A DNA stretch of 64,000 nt from Phoronis australis. Its lineage: Eukaryota > Animalia > Phoronida. The translations under genes were made by a program, and so were the position numbers. Each line of letters begins with the position of its first letter. Within the stretch, counting starts at the first letter, position 1. A model generated the notes under the pieces. It saw nothing but the letters and a program-made list of their open reading frames with translations, had not been told where the DNA came from and searched no databases. Below are positions 26,516 to 39,720 of the stretch, piece after piece. The stretch lies in contig NMRA01000337.1 of the NCBI GenBank assembly GCA_002633005.1, positions 1-64,000 on the forward strand, given 5' to 3'.

Positions 26516-28344
26516 AGTCCTTCTCTCACGCGTTGTTAACCCTTATTACATGGTTAGAAGATGTTATAAGGATCCAAGAAGTACCTACCCCATAACTAAT
26601 ACATGATCCGTACTCGAAAACAGTTTAAATGAATGCGCCACTCACGATTCGCACCCGAAGAAACACCGCAATTTTGAACTTGCCGCGAACCCGGAAGTAC
26701 AATTCATTCAGGAACCCAGGCCGAGAAAACGCCGTCAGTGCGACTGGAGCAGTGCCTGTACTGTTACCAGCCAGCAAACGGGGATAAAAAATCGACAGCG
26801 CGCCTTAATTTTGATAAAATCAAACTACGGACAATTTTATGGAATTTGCTGAAGAAATGTGGCGAATAAATTTTGACAGAAATTATTTTGCCAGACTCGG
26901 GACCGCAGCCTATCGGACCCGGTGCGGATCGAGACCAGACACTGGCGAACGGTAAATGCATGCGGTTGCAAGCTGTTTTGTCGAAGTAAAATGGTCAAAT
27001 GATAAATGCTGCATATATTCAAGGGTAGTTTCAGACACTTGCATGAAATTACGGGCTGGTTAGTCCTGTGTCACACTGCCGCGGCAGACCTTAGTTAGCC
27101 TCAGTCACCAGCTACCAGTGAAGACTATAGTCAAAATACAGCTTGTTAGTAGGCCTAGACAGCCTCCCGTTCAGTAGCGCTAGGACCTCGCTAAGAAGCA
27201 AGACTTCGCGAGATTACGTGAGATATTGCCGTGTATTTTAAATGAGAACATGTGACTTTGACTAGGATTTTGCAAGGTCCTAGCGTAGGTCCTAGCGTCT
27301 ACTGAACGCACGCCAGCTTTGCGCCAAGACTACCCTTAGGCCTAACTGGTCGCTGGCCACAAACACAAAAAACACGAAAATTGAACAAAGTTTCTTTTTT
27401 GTAGCAACGTTTGTCAAAATGTATCAACGTTAAATCTTCACAAATTACAAAGTAGCCGATTGAACATGCCTTTCAGTTCAGCAAAAGTCGACATTGTAGG
27501 TGCCGCCAGAAATGAGACGAAGTCCAACGGGAATTGTGAGCACATTTATCACTTAATGAGTAACAACTGCGAGGCTGAAATTTGGTGAACACTGCTAAAT
27601 CGTGCAGAATAGTAAGTAAAGATATGTCTAACTAAATTTCACCGTAATTTGTTGGCGAAAACAATTTACACAAAGTTTTAAACTCGTAACTCATCCCGCT
27701 GTCCTCCAATATGGCCGACGCGATCCAAACAAAGTGACCCAAATTTCGCCACAAAACTTGCAATAACTTTACAGTGCTTGCCCCGATTTTGATACTTTTT
27801 CGATTTTTACTGAGTAGAATGTACTACCTTTCCGATGATAGCAAAGTACTTTTTCAAAACGAGGAAAAAAATAAAACCGAAAAAAAATTGGTTCGACCCA
27901 TATTGGTTCCTAGGTTCGACCGGCCTACGTAAGGAACTAAACACCAATGCTATTTTAACATACTAAGTACGCGTAACATTCCAAAAAATCAACGACCACT
28001 AACTACAAACTATAAATACACTACATATGCAAACGAATCACGATATATTACTAATAAAACAAAATAATGAAGACTTTTCGAGCAAGCCATAGCACATTCA
28101 GTTACAAGGAAAAAATGGCGGCGTTCAGGACAAGTTCCTGAACTGATGAGCCGGAAATGTGGGTACGGAAATAACCGATGACAACCGGTAATCATACGCT
28201 CAGAGAGAAGGGTCAAATACTGTTAAAAAATCGCTTTTGGCAAGAAAGGCGAAAAGAATATAAAGAAAGGGTGTCGAAAATAAGAATTTATGTAGTAAAT
28301 ATTTTCGGATACTGGAACCACATGGGCAGTTTGCAAGAAGGACT
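26516..28344. mobile_element. Second TTAA-flanked element (Kolobok-like, short TIR AGTCCTTCT / AGAAGGACT)
   Basis: Shares TTAA 26512-26515 with the previous element and ends before TTAA 28345-28348; removing both restores the Gypsy frame ECVLK-AETLRYFDP. Confidence 0.7.
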
Positions 28345-30386
28345 TTAAAGCGGAGACTCTCCGGTATTTTGATCCATGAGCTAAAGAGATGTAACAATTA
28401 AATGTATATGCCTAACTAAAGGGATTGGAAGCTTGTTTGGCTCAAGAGGGCAGGGCAATTAATTTTGCATCAAGAAGCCTGGCAGATGCGGAAACCAGGT
28501 ATTCAAATTAATATATAGAGAGAGCTGCTGGGCGTTGTGTGGGCAGTCTTGCATTACAAGCAGTATGTCTACGGACAAAAGTTTAGAGTCCACACAGACC
28601 ACCAGCCGTTACAAGCTATCTTCAAGAAAGACATTCACAGCATACCCCCACAGCTGCAACGTATGGTCCGAATGTTGCAAGGGTATGAGATAGAAGTTGA
28701 GAGAAAGGAAGTGAGATGCATGTCCCAGATTGTTTGTCAAGGTGTGTTCCGCTTAGACCCAAGCAACAGCCAGTTTTACCAGATATCACCACCATTGGAA
28801 TTCTTGAGGTGAACACTATGACTGGATCAGAGATTCATAAGATATGAGCTGAAACTTCCAAAGACCTAGTTTTGATGGCATTGTTTCCATTTATTAAAAA
28901 AGGGTGGCCCGAGCATAAGAACGAAATGCCAGACCAAACCACGGCTTACTGGAATTACAGACATGATTTAGCATGGCTGAATGGGGTTTTAATCTGAGGA
29001 TGCAGGACAGTTATTCCCCAAATAATGAGAGAATACATCTTGAAGAGACTTCATTGAGCACACCAGGGAGTGCAGAAAACCATTGAGAGCGCCCGAGAAA
29101 AGTTCTCCTTGCCTGGTATGATGGAACAGATCAAGCAAATGATTCTTACTTGCACAGAATGTCTAGAAAATCAACCACAGCAAAAAGCCAATACAGTCAT
29201 TCCCGTTACGATTACAATACCCATGCAGATCGTAGGACTGGATGTTTTTTATCACAAGAAGAAGACATATTCCTGCATTGTCGACTATCACACAGGTTTT
29301 CCTTGGATAAGGCACTTGAAAACTCAAGATGCAGCCAGCATCGAAAAGCACGTAAAAGAGACATGCAACGAGTTCGTTGTATCCAACACAGATTGTTAGT
29401 GACCAAGGCACGCAGTATATGAGTGAAATGTTCCAGGAAATGTGTATGCAGAATAACATAACCCACACGCCTGTTACACCCCACTCCCAGTGGCAGAATG
29501 GTAGATGCGAGAGAACGTTGGGAAAGATAAAATTACTCATTGAGAAGTCAAAGAATGATGACTTGGCAATAGACGATATTCTTTTGATAATACGAGATAC
29601 CCCGATCAGCCAGAGCATCCCTTCCCCGTTTGAGCTGATGTTCCACAGGAGAGTCAAAACAGACTTGCCATGCATTCCCTTATACATGTTGGATACAGCT
29701 CTTTCTGAACAGGCTGGTCAGCGTTCAGTCCTATACAATGAAGCGAAGAACAAGTCGATAAGCGATCCCTGTCCATTAAAGGAAAGCCAACCTATGTCAT
29801 TCCTCAAGAACCCCACAGATCAGCCTAATAAGTGGTCATGCGGGGTTGTGACATCTGTGGATGGGGAAAGGTCATACACGGTCCTAGACAGTAAGACTGG
29901 AGAAGAATACCAAAGAAATAGGGTGCACATAAAGCCAGAGTCATAGGTCTCGTTACAAGATCCCCTAGAGGAGCAGAGGGAGACGACTAGAACATCTAGC
30001 AACCGCGAAAACAAAGCTGTGCCTGTTGCTAAACCTTCAGTAGATGTTCGTTCTGTCACAGGACCCCGCAGATGGGACGTGGGACGGCTGGTAGAGCACT
30101 TGATAATCGCGACAACAAAGTCACACCTCTTGCTGAATCTTCCGCCCATCCTAGGCGAGAGGCTTCCTGAGCGTTTCAAGGATTTTGTTCTTGGTTAGAA
30201 ACACTTGGACATTTTGAACACCATTGTAGTTCGTTAGTTTTCTAGTTCTTGCAGAATTGTTAAGAGGGGAGATGTCGCATACACGATATTTAACACCACG
30301 TTCATGATGACGCGTTCTAGTAGAACCCTCTCTGATTTGGAATGTTATGTTTGGAGTTGAATATTAGTGGAATATACTTATTAATA

Positions 30387-32517
30387 CAGTGGCGGATTTA
30401 CGGGNCAGGGGGTTTAAACCCTCCCTTGGGCCAAGACCCAAAAATAAAAAAAAACGTCTCCAGCAAAACAAAAACGGCACCACTACCGTGTGTAAACCTC
30501 AAGTAAACCAACTTGGAAAAAATTGAGGGGGTTTCACTCTGAAAATATAATTTTTTTGCATTGTGAATTGCTGAGTCTTCGTGGCTCATCGGCAAAACGC
30601 GCAAAGATTAATTGTGCGCGTGCTTCCGTAGACACTTCTAAAGTAGCCAAGCATTTTAGATGGATTCACTGCTGAAAGAGTTGTTCTATAGCCGATTTGT
30701 TTAGGTAAGTAGCTTCTTTACTCTAAGATATGTTTTGATTTAATTAGGGGAAATACTGTGGTGCCGCAACCTTGATATTCAGGCGAATTGACGTGCAACG
30801 TTTTTACCTCATCTTTCATGCCGTGTCATTCTATTACACTCCACACATTTGTAACTGATGTATAGTAAAGTTGTCTTGCGGAATATCATACAGTGTACAT
30901 GTACATGTATTATTTTTGAAAAAAAATTTTTTCCGAAGAATTGCTATTGTGGCGAGCGCTGTGGTCTGATCACGAGTCCGTTATTGTCTATACAAAGAAT
31001 GACTAAGGGGGCACACACATTGACAAAGTGACCACATTTGCGAACAGTGTACAGTACCAGAAACTGCGGGAGGCTGTTCTTTCACAACAAAGTCTTGCGG
31101 TGCAATGTTCAATAGGCCTCCTAAGGAGCCGTAGTTCTGACCTCAACACCTGCCGTCTTTCTACCTGCAATAAGCACACTGCCGTCTTCTATACTGGGAA
31201 TTTCCGCAGAAAGGCCCACCTAATGAAATGCTCATGCCCATGGACATTTATTTGATATTAGTACTTCAGGTTTCAAGCGTTCAGACATTGGGACGTTTAT
31301 TTGGAAAATTGCAAGAGATGCAAATAGGTCCTGGGATACATCACCAAGGTTTGAAGTAGTGCATGATGAATGGATCAAATTTAGTTGCGCATACAAGTCT
31401 TTTGAATGGACTTGGCAACTTCAAGGGTCTTAGTGCCAACTGAGCTACGAAACGAGATGCTGACATTGTAGAGGCTTACAAGCTCATTGACACAGCAGCT
31501 GACGAACTGCAAGCGTTGGGAACAAACATCGAAGATATCTGGGTAGAATGGTTCCAAGATGAGCAAACCATTGGATCCGATATACAAATTCCTCGGCAGT
31601 CTAGACAACAGAACGATAGGAGTAACCTATGAGTAATCACTGGGGATTAAAAATTTTAGAGGGAAATTTTCAATTCAAAATTTTTTGCATAGTACACTTT
31701 AGGTCTCGCGACGGACCAGGCCAGCTTGATTTGTGTAGATGTTGATCCATGAGTTTCAGTGCCGGTACTTCTGGTCCCTCTGCAAACTAGTCCAGTGTAT
31801 CTTTTCACCACTGTGCACAGGATGTTTCGTGAAACTGTTTTCAGATGATTTGTTTCCTGATACATTTGACGTTTTTCAATTGTTGTCAATGTGATTCAGC
31901 TTAATAAAGTGATACTACATTATTTATTGTCGCTTTTAGTAATAGACTATGAGTTGAGAGCACCATCGTTCGCCAGTTTTTCTCGTAACAAGACAGAACA
32001 CGTTTATTTCCGGACTGACAGTACAGGTCTTCGTTCTTAAACAACTTGATGCTGCTGTTATGCGATCATCTGATATTCAAGTTTTTACACCCCGTCGGTG
32101 TTCCTGAATATTTGGAAGTTGTCTAAACCCCTGTATACACACCACACGTTTTCGTATACGACTTTTCGTATGCTAAAAAAGGTATGTGTAAGCAGATGTT
32201 CCAACAAAAATTTTTGCTGGAGGCGTGCCTCATACCCAGATGTGCACAATATGGTTTCACGAAACTTATGAGCCAAGTTCAAGTGACGAAATCAAGAAGG
32301 GTTTTTAATTATCTTAAGAAAAACTCCAGAGACATGTTAAGTGCCAGAAACTTACCAGGATGCATGGAAATTTCACTATTTGGCTACAAAAACAAAAAAT
32401 ATCTTACATGGGGTTTCCCCCTCCCTCCCGACCTCCCCCACTCAGCGCCACACGCCTTGTATTCGACCCTGGTGGGAATCCTAAACCCCCCTTGCTGAAA
32501 ACGTAGATCCGGCACTG
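30387..32517 (+). mobile_element. Decayed hAT transposon inserted in the Gypsy 3' LTR
   Basis: TIRs CAGTGGCGGATTTACG / CGTAGATCCGGCACTG; remnant IPRQSRQQNDRSN (about 31590) resembling ZMYM1-like hAT transposases; the TSD is not a clean 8-mer. Confidence 0.65.
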
Positions 32518-34731
32518 CAATATGTTTTTAATCTTAATTCTACACATTGTTTGATGAAAAATAAATCTTCCTACTTTAAATAGTTATGATATATCATTTC
32601 ACTATGTGAGAATTTTAGACAAAATTGGAGTACAAAACACGGACATTCCGTATAGGTTGACATGTATGCTAATATTTATTTTTCGTTATGTTGGTAGTTT
32701 CGGCCTTGCTTAATTGTTTGTTTTTTGTCTCTGGATCTAGAACAATTGCAACTATCTCGTGCCATACTTCGGCCAAGCCCATGAAATGCATGTCGACTTA
32801 AGTGCACTTCAATCCGTGATGGTGCTATCTGCAAGCCTTTGCCAAGAAATTCGCTGGATACTCTGGGGTGAACAGTGCATGCTTTAATAGCGGAGTTGCA
32901 ACCGAATCGATTTAACGATTGCGCATGTCCGGAAATTAGGTTGCGCAAAGGCTATTGGGAATGATTAGGGTATGTGGAATGGCCGGTTGGTTTGCAAGAC
33001 GTGTGATTTGTGTGCATTAAACTAAGCTGCTTTATGTAATTCTGCCGCTATTCGCCCTAATAAGCTCCCATGCCCCAATAAGTGCCCCAACGCGTTTTCC
33101 GACTTTGCTAAAGTAAGCGCCCAGCCCACGAACTATATACGAAAAATGCCTTACCAACTCCAACTATTCTAATGTCTCCAATTTATCAATTGAAAGATCC
33201 GACAGTCCTGAATTCTTAGACCTCGAGCCGCAACGTTATATCCGTATACACTTCAAACTTACGCCGCTATTCAAAAAGAACGCAAAAGTTTTGCTGCTCT
33301 TGCGAGGGATGTGCCCAACTACGCGGGTCTGGACTTTGAAAACAGATGCAGCGTACTTGTCAGCGGGATTGCATTGTTTTTTTCCGGTACAGATCTTCTC
33401 CGGCCTCAACAGGAATCCAAACTTCTTCGTACACGTGAAAACCGTGAATCAAGACTAATAAAAAAAAACCTCGACCAGTGTTAGTACGCGGCCAAGAAGC
33501 GCGCACTGCATAATGTACCGGCTGTCATCGAAGACATTTAGTCGGGAACTATCTATTCATGAAACGGGTAACATATCATCGGCAAGAAATAAATATTGGC
33601 ACTAATTTCCTAAAGTTTATAATACCGTAAAAAACTTTTGCATTATTTTTAAGAGAAATTATTTAACTAATCATAATTGGGTGTTTTTAAAGTCAAAATG
33701 ACCAACTGATAGTGAACACATTCGCACCCTTACACCCCGAATCTTCCGGAAAATAGCTGTTACACTACGGTCACGCATCCACTCACCCGACAACTCAATG
33801 AGTGACATATCGGTCTTACCGAAACAATTCTCGAATGTTCAAGTTTTATCAGATGAGGCCAGCAAGTGCTAAATATTAAAACACGCTCTGCTTGACTGCT
33901 TGAGTTAATTTCCTTGGATACAATGCACACCTAGATCATTACATCGCACTTACTCTGGCAAATGAACTCTTATGACAAGCATACGCACGCTTACTCTCAC
34001 ACACACGCATACAAACTTCAAAACAAACGTCAAGTGACAACAACATGCGTGTTCCCGGTCCAGAGATTTTTCTTGTGTTGCGGACTACCTAGTGCAGATT
34101 TGGACTTGATCTGCAGTTAATCCAGACTCCACAAGAACTTAAAAATCTTAGAGACGCTATTTGGAAAACTTGAGGAGGATTTCAGGTAATTTGTTGAGTC
34201 GAAGCTATATTCTTATTCAAGAATTCAAGCCCTATCGACGATTGCGAGACTGGCAGCTACGCATTTGTCGGCGAGATTTTGCCCTGGGATTTCAGCACAA
34301 TTTTCTGAAAAATGATCGTAATTTAACAACGAATTTTGAAAGCAATGCACCAAAATTTTGTAGAAAGTACATAATAATATTCTGCACGCGTTATCTTTGC
34401 GCGTTAATGCATATAGTGTGCGTACGTTAAGTGAGTCGACCCAGAACAGATCAGTGATTGTGCAGAGGCATTATCCTTAAAATTGCTCATGTTGGCTTGG
34501 TTCTGGTCAAGCGAAAACAATTTTTTTCACTATCATCCGCCGTGGAGTATTTGTTACTGTTTCTTTCAAGGGAAATTTCAAGGGGCAGTTTCCAAGATAC
34601 GTTTTCTTGCCGCCCTCAAAATGAGCGCTGCATACTTTATGCTGCTGACCGTGTGTTGACTGCCAGGACAGTCTGCCTTACTGTTCTCCTTCTGTGCCTG
34701 CTAGTTGTACTGTAGATCCCCAACGCTCACA

Positions 34732-36703
34732 ATGCCTCCCAAACCAGTATCTGGCGTTAATCCTCCATCTGCCCCAGACCTATCAGGCCCGTCCGTGAAG
34801 GATAACTGGAAACTTTTCAAACAAAAGTGGGAGAACTACTGCATCATATCACAGTTAAGTGCACACCCTCGACCCTATCAAGTGGCTCTGCTATTACATG
34901 CCGTGGGTGATGATGGACTTAAGATCTACAATGGTTTTCAATTTGACACTGAAGAGCCTACTACTTCAGACATAATTGCCAAGTTTGATGCTTTTGCGGT
35001 AGGTGACCTTACCGAAACCTACTAACGATTCGTCTTTAATCAACGCAATCAAAAGGATGAGGAAAATTTTGAGTAATTCCTAGCTGCGATCCGGCTTCTC
35101 ATCAAGACATGCAACTACCCTACTCAATCTCAAAACTCCATGTTGAGAGATCGTATCGTTTTAGGCATCAGTGACAAGGAAACACAACGGCGACTCCTGC
35201 ATGAGCCAAATCTAACCCTGGAAAAATGTATTCCTATCTGTAAAGTGGCGGAAACTGCAGCTGAACACGTGAAGGTGTTACATCCTGAACCTGTGGTAAC
35301 ACGGGTAACTACTACCAGAAAACTTGCTCACAAACCTTCAGCCACGTCATCGCCTATGGTCTGCAAATTCTGCGGTTTGACACATCGCATGCGAAAGGCA
35401 GATTGCCCAGCCTGGGGCAAAATGTGCTCTAACTGCAATCAGCAAAATCATTTTGCGTTGAAATGCCCAACTGCTCGTAAGGTTCACAACATGGACGCTG
35501 ATGGGAGTGACGATGGATATCTGCTCACTGTAACTGGAGACAAAAAGCCTCGCATCACCACCAAACTCATGGTAAATGGCAACCCTGTACATTTCTTGCT
35601 AGATACTGGTGCTGACATCAATATTATTGGCCAACGATTTGTAGTCCCTGGCGATACTAGACAAACCACCTGTAAACTCGTAATGTGGAATGGCACACGC
35701 GTAACACCAGTTGGTGAAACCACTCTGTCGGTGTTTAATGAATGCACCAACCTAACCCAAGATGTAGTTTTTGTAGTCGTACCTGATGACAAGCGCTGTT
35801 ACTGGGACTCAGGACAGTCCTCGATATGAATCTGATCACTGTCAATGACCACCACTTCATATCTAAAGTAGCGATAGAAACAATGCGTCTCGGTGACCTG
35901 GGTAAGGCTCATCTCTCGGTGACCAAAGATGTAAAACCTCGTGCTTTGCCCTGCAGAAATGTGCCTGTTGTATTGCGGGATTCTGTAAAGGAAGAAATCA
36001 ACCGCCTAGTCACCCTTGGAGTCTTGGTACCCATAACAGAACCTACTGAGTGGGTCAGTCAGATGACTGCGGTTCATAAACCTAATGGCAAACTGCGGCT
36101 GTGCATAGAGCCCCAACCCCTGAACCAGGCATTGCTTAGAGAGCACCACAAACTTCCTACAGTGGACGACGTACTGCCTATGCTGACACATGCTAAGGTG
36201 TTCTCGAAACTGGATGTGCAGAACGCATTCTGGCATGTACGATAGGATAGAGAGTCATCAGAACTTACTACAATGATAACCACTTTTGGACGTTTCCAAT
36301 GGGCAAGACTCCCATTTGGACTAAAGTGTCCAGCGAAGTATTTCAACATCGACTTACTGAAGCCCTGAGTGGGTTAGAAGGAGTATTTACAATTGCGGAT
36401 GACATAGTTGTAATTGGATGCGGACAGACTAAGACCGAAGCAACAAAAGATCATGACGCTAAGCTAAGACAACTCTTTGAACGCTGTGAACAGAGACACA
36501 TCATCTTAAACCAAGACAAGAAAGAAATCCAGAAATCTGAAAGAACCTTCCACGGACATCTTTTCACTGACAAGGGTATTAAAGCTGATGATCGGAAAAT
36601 AGAAGCTATTTTGCATATGCCGTCGCCCACTGATGTCCAAGGTGTGAAGCGCCTGTGTGGAATGATGCAATACCTCTATCGATTTCTACCTGGTTTGTCT
36701 ACC
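34732..36703 (+). mobile_element. Second Gypsy (Mag-type) gag-protease-RT segment, truncated
   Basis: NWKLFKQKWENY gag, CKFC..H..CPAWGK.C..C...NHF knuckles, LDTGA protease, IADD RT; in-frame stops; cut by the repeat at 36704. Confidence 0.92.
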
Positions 36704-37546
36704 TTCCAAGATGTGATCTGCGGCGTGCGCGTATGCGTACAAAAGACGTGATTGTTATGTTCCTGAAGTACGAAAATTAAGAAACTTTAGCATGCCGTTA
36801 TTATTGACAGGGACACGATAAAACGATTTTGGATTTTGACTATAGTCTTGATACAGCGAGCTGGCTGACCACTGCGTCAGTGTCTCCGTTAGACCCAGAA
36901 ATTTCACACAGCCCGAGTAGTTCACCTCGTCCCCAACATGTAGATCGAGCCTTGGACTATTAAAATACTCCATGGTAGAGCTAACGACCGTCGGCCTGTG
37001 CACACAAAATCTGTGAGTTTACCAGCACTCACCTTGCACGTTGCAGCCGTTTAAGTGAAAAACAATCTAGTAAACGCCATTTTCTTACATAATCCTCCGC
37101 CTTTTGTAACAAAAAAGTCTGTCATCGATGACCCGCACAGGCACGCTCTCTCATACGCAGACGAACTTCAAAACAAATGTCACGTGACAACAACATGTGT
37201 GTTCATCCAGAGATTTTTCTTGTGTTGTGCGGTACGATGTAGCGCAGATTTGGACTTAATCGCAATTAATCTGGACTCCACATGAACTTTAAAAATTGTA
37301 AAACATAAGGAAGATTTCAGGTAATTTGTTGAGTCGAAACTATATTTTGATTCAAGAGTTCAAGATTTCCTATTGACGATCGCGATTCAGCGACGCATCA
37401 GTCGGCAAGTTTTCGCCCTGTGATGAGCACAATTTTTTGAAAAATTATCGTAATTTAACAACGGAAGTTGATAGCAATGCATCACAATTTTGTAGAAAGA
37501 CTGTCATAGGCTACAAATACGTCACAGAGCGTAAATTTGATGAATN

Positions 37547-38326
37547 TGGCGCTGCTATGTCTACGCACTACGCCCATTGCCTCTGGATTACCTTCTCCAG
37601 CCGAATACATGTTCAACCGTAAGGTTCGTTCAAACCTACCCGTAGTCAACAACAAAGAAAAGGAACTGCCATATCCTGCAAAGTCCACAAAGCAAGTTGA
37701 ATATTACAACCAACATGCAAGACCACTTACAGAACTTAGTGACAACCAACATGTCAGAGTGCAAAACCCCATCTCTAAGAAATGGGAACCTGCGACAGTC
37801 GTTAAGAAGTGCGAACAAGCACCTCGCTCGTACATTGTTCGCAAATCTACTGGCGTTGAATTTCGGCGAAACCTTCGACACATTCGTTCTACGAAAGAAG
37901 AGCCACAGCCTCCCGATGACTACACCCCATCCGTGGAAGAAGCCTTACAACCGGTTGTGCCCGAAGGAACGTCAACCACTACGGACGATGGTCTCTACCG
38001 CACCAGATCGGGACGAGCTGTAAAGCCCCCTGCAAGATTTCACGACCTGTGAAGGACACTATATATATACCCACATATAGTTAGTTAACGTGTTTACAAG
38101 TCAGACTTTAGTGTTATCGTAGTGACTTTATGATGGACAACTTACTGGAATGTACCTTATATTGTACTTAAACTTTTTTTTTAACGAAGGGAGATGTTGT
38201 ATACGCGTACCTAAGTCTAGTATTACGGACCACATGTAATGTAGTTATTATCTTTGCACACGAATAGAGAGTCAACCACGACGTTCTTTGTCTTAACTTA
38301 AAACACAAAGTGTTTCAAAGCATACA
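37547..38326 (+). mobile_element. Gypsy integrase C-terminus, polypurine tract and 3' LTR (38195 to about 38326) after the N gap
   Basis: LRTTP...SPAEYMFNRKVRS..., PRSY, RTRSGRAVKPPARF; GAAGGGAGA followed by TGTTG. Confidence 0.88.
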
Positions 38327-38329
38327 ATA

Positions 38330-38754
38330 GGAAAGCCTATAGAAATCCTTTAGCTTATCGTATGAGAAACCCTATAGGAATTCGTATAAGACTTGAATAT
38401 ATCGAGTAGGTAGTTTAATAGGATCCTATAGGAAGTTCAATAGATTTCTATGGCAATTAACATACATGTATTAAGACTCGCCTCAATATTAAAATTTACA
38501 AAAATTAATGACTCAGAAGAGCTGAAATTAGATAAAAACAAATTGATATTTTACTATATAGTCTTAGGCTATTGTTTGTTAAAATGCTTAGAAATCAGAT
38601 TTGTGATTAAATTCCTAAAGGATTTTTTCAATAGGAATTCCTATACAATATCTTGATCCTATAGGAAATCGATATTCCTCAGGGATTCTTAAAGGAATTT
38701 CTAAGGAATTCCTTAAGGAAATGTTATCCTATAGGAATCCTATTTTCGTATGGG
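38330..38754. mobile_element. Right end of an EnSpm-like element with (TT)CCTATAGGAA subterminal repeats
   Basis: Many palindromic CCTATAGG/TAGGAA units ending in TTTTCGTATGGG. Confidence 0.5.
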
Positions 38755-39359
38755 TTCTTATCCATTTGCAAGCAAATCCCAATTTACTTGATGGACAGAA
38801 AATTTGCCTATTTTGTTTGTCGGTGGTGTGTACAACGTTGTATGCAGAAATTTCCGTGTATAAGTCCATGACTTGAACTTTCACCATAGAAATTAACTGA
38901 AAGTGAAAGGGAATGGGAGAATTGTTGTGGTTTGTGCAAATTTCTGAAATCAAAATAGGCAAAAATTTAGTTAATTTAAATTGAAAATTGAATAAATATT
39001 TGATTACTAAATATCAATTTTCAGTTGAGGTGATAAAACGGGTGTTCAGCTTGCCGACCTGTCACTACAAAAGCGTGCAAACATTCAGAATTCAACGATA
39101 GTCTGCAACTCGGGCGCAGGAGGGACCGTGTCAGTAGACCACATTCACTCGGACAGGTGGCTTACTTGTTCCGCAACAGGCACAACAACGATATGCCGCA
39201 TAGAGATTCCCTAAGGAAAGCAAATGTTGTCTTGAGGTTTCAATGATGAGCGTCAAATAACAAATTGCCTAAGATATACCGGTATTATATAATAAACAAA
39301 AAGAAAAATTATGAAACTCTGTGTTTTAACTAAAAATCAAAAGAAAAACAAAATCTCAC

Positions 39360-39389
39360 CCACAAAGGGGATCCACAAAATTCATCCAT
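39360..39389 (-). CDS. ABCC/MRP1-like transporter, coding exon 1 (MDEFCGSPLW)
   Basis: ATG at 39389 with an upstream in-frame TAG; ends at a GTGAG donor; matches the MRP N-terminal FC..PLW motif and splices in phase 0 to exon 2. Confidence 0.85.
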
Positions 39390-39559
39390 CCCGCTCAACT
39401 CCTTTGCGGCTGTGAGAATGCTTGCTTTCTTGACTTGGTTCCCTGAAGCCAACTACGCGAGAGGCTGTAACAAAACATACGCTAACACGGCGAATAAACG
39501 GGGGGGTGCTTTCTGGCAAAGGTTCTTTGCTGTGCTAGAACTTGGAATACTGCGTCATC

Positions 39560-39720
39560 TCAAGATCACGCAGGAGAGAGCGGTGTGTGAACTGAGAGTT
39601 ACGAGATCACGCTAGCTGCCTGACCAATCAGATACATACTCACACCAAGACCAGTATCATTGGCTTCCGCCGTTATTGTGTCATGAGCGTAGTGACATCT
39701 AGCGGTCGTGTGGTCCGGGG
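39560..39720 (-). promoter_or_regulatory. Probable ABCC proximal promoter region
   Basis: CpG-richer segment upstream of exon 1 with CCAAT boxes on both strands (about 39624 and 39660) and a single CTCF-like CCGCTAGATGTCAC on the minus strand at 39692-39705; TSS not known. Confidence 0.4.

Larger units (their letters stand above)
22478..32544 (+). mobile_element. Full-length decayed Ty3/Gypsy (Mag-type) LTR retrotransposon with nested insertions
   Basis: 5' LTR 22478-22616 (TG..CA), PBS TGGTGACC at 22617, double-CCHC gag (23070..23618), protease IDTG about 23675, RT IADD about 24575, RNase H about 28350-28750, integrase about 29040-29945, polypurine tract, then 3' LTR 30273-30386 plus 32518-32544; TSD CATTG on both sides; many stops and frameshifts. 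Confidence 0.93.

Noticed and set aside
26540-28212. Possible nested piggyBac-like element (TTAA|CCCTT ... AAGGG|TCAA)
   Set aside because: Only 5 bp of terminal match and an imperfect right TSD; insufficient support
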